From: Azolla caroliniana
Taxonomy: Eukaryota > Plantae > Polypodiophyta
Length of the DNA stretch: 64,000 nt
NCBI GenBank assembly: GCA_043228905.1
Contig: JBHGNT010000003.1
Coordinates: forward strand, 5,890,001 to 5,954,000
Direction: 5' to 3'
The translations under genes and the position numbers were made by a program. Positions 62,770 to 64,000 of this stretch are shown one piece after another. The notes beneath the pieces are model-generated. The model did no database searches. It was not told the origin of the DNA and saw only the letters and a list, made by a program, of their open reading frames with translations. The first letter of the stretch is position 1; each line of letters begins with the position of its first letter.

Positions 62770-64000
62770 ATGAACCTCCCATCGAGCCTAGGAACTAAAG
62801 CACTTCTCAACACACCCCCACTACAGGAGAGCCCAATGGCAGACCCACTCAGTGTAGAACGACATATACGAGACGTAGGGCAAGAGTTACGGGTGATAGA
62901 ACACGAAATCAATCTATGGACGGTACAACTTGCGAAAGGAGGACAACCGGAAAGCACCACTCGAGATATCGAAGCCGCTTTGGTAGAAAGGAAGGATAGA
63001 TTCGCACGAGTGCAACAAAAACTTCACCGCCTAGAAACATCGTCGCACATACACTGCCAAAGTCAGGAGCACAGCCTCGTACCGCGTTTGAGCACAACGG
63101 GCGATAGCCCGAATGAAACCCGCGCACAACGACACCCGACACCACCACGCATGGGCACAATCCCTACACCTGACCAAGCTACCCCTACACCTCCAAACGC
63201 CGAACTCGCACTAGCACTAGAATCCATCCAAACTCTCGTAGCATTGATGGAAAAAGAGCGAGCACCCACAGACCATAAGAGAAACCTCACAAATAACAGT
63301 GGGAAGAGTGCTTCCATTTCTAAACTAGTACCTCGTTTCCTCGGTTTCGGCGATGCCTATGACCATGTCGAGAGGTTCAAACTGATTTGCTGCACTTATG
63401 AACCCCTCACAGAGATTACCAAGGTACCCGCGTTTGGACTCACACTTGACGACCAAGCCGAAATTTGGTTTCGAACCTTAAATGAAGACATTGCCGCCAA
63501 TTTCGAGTATGTCATTGAGGATTTCTTGATAAACTTCGCTCGCAGAGGGAATAAATGGAACCCGATTGACCAACTTTTCGCCCTCAAACAAGAAGCGAAC
63601 GAAATGGTCAGGGACTACATACATCGCACGAAAAGCCTGCATCATCGTTGTAGTCCAAACGACAAGATGTCGGATGACAAGTTGATGAGCCGTTTCATTA
63701 ATGGGTTGTTTGATACGACACTCCAAAATTTCCTGATTGCCAGGATGTGCCGATCGTTCGCTGAAGCCTGCACAGTAGTGATGACCTTTGAAGATTTGAT
63801 GAGTGGATTACAAATACCCACTCACGCACCCATGAACAACTGCGAGAAATCCTCCGACTCCACCCCTGCTCTACCCACACCACCGCGAACACCCCGTATA
63901 GAAAGACCCCAAGCATACGCCCAACGAGAAAATGTAAGGTGCACGGTATGTCACAAACACCACATGGGACATGAGTGTCCCCTCCTTCATCAACGACGGC
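62770..64000 (+). CDS. Retrotransposon Gag (open to window end; absent from the ORF track because it has no stop)
   Basis: Frame open from ATG 62770: ..LVPRFLGFGDAYDHVERFKLIC..AFGLTLDDQAEIWFRTL..LKQEANEMVRDYIHR..FINGL..CTVCHKHHMGHEC (zinc knuckle). An upstream in-frame ATG at 62623 is cut off by TGA at 62659. Confidence 0.8.
   Translation, partial: MNLPSSLGTKALLNTPPLQESPMADPLSVERHIRDVGQELRVIEHEINLWTVQLAKGGQPESTTRDIEAALVERKDRFARVQQKLHRLETSSHIHCQSQEHSLVPRLSTTGDSPNETRAQRHPTPPRMGTIPTPDQATPTPPNAELALALESIQTLVALMEKERAPTDHKRNLTNNSGKSASISKLVPRFLGFGDAYDHVERFKLICCTYEPLTEITKVPAFGLTLDDQAEIWFRTLNEDIAANFEYVIEDFLINFARRGNKWNPIDQLFALKQEANEMVRDYIHRTKSLHHRCSPNDKMSDDKLMSRFINGLFDTTLQNFLIARMCRSFAEACTVVMTFEDLMSGLQIPTHAPMNNCEKSSDSTPALPTPPRTPRIERPQAYAQRENVRCTVCHKHHMGHECPLLHQRR

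Larger units (their letters stand above)
61098..64000 (+). mobile_element. 5' end of an Athila-like Ty3/Gypsy element (left-truncated LTR, tRNA-Asp PBS, repeat-rich leader, gag); runs off the window
   Basis: LTR with CTATATAAA (~61304) ending TTAACA at 61730; PBS TGGCGCCGTTGCCGGGGAT (61737-61755) complementary to plant tRNA-Asp, as used by the Athila lineage. Confidence 0.82.

Overview
Eukaryotic land-plant nuclear DNA, AT-rich with (AG)n microsatellites and spliceosomal introns; the lineage cannot be fixed from sequence alone. It holds two intact host genes: a 12-exon allantoate amidohydrolase (AAH; + strand, 9237-12726, ~495 aa, signal peptide) and a 6-exon JAZ/TIFY jasmonate repressor (- strand, 31788-29112, ~310 aa) with the conserved Jas intron and five upstream G-boxes. 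Most of the remaining recognisable sequence is transposon-derived: an intact young Copia nested in an older Copia (15.3-25.9 kb), a 250-bp-arm foldback (35 kb), a non-autonomous hAT element (36.7 kb), a decayed L1-type LINE (38-42.6 kb), and a multi-layer nest (45-64 kb) of two Copia, two tRNA-Trp-primed Gypsy elements and an Asp-primed Athila-like element with two tandem arrays in its leader. The most unusual signal is two unrelated short elements (46317-46939 and 41510-41711). Both have TG...CA ends and an exact or decayed 5-bp target duplication, as LTR integrases produce, but are bounded by long INVERTED repeats that copy one end (probably U3) of an LTR. All coordinates and mismatch counts were read by eye; no database searches were run.
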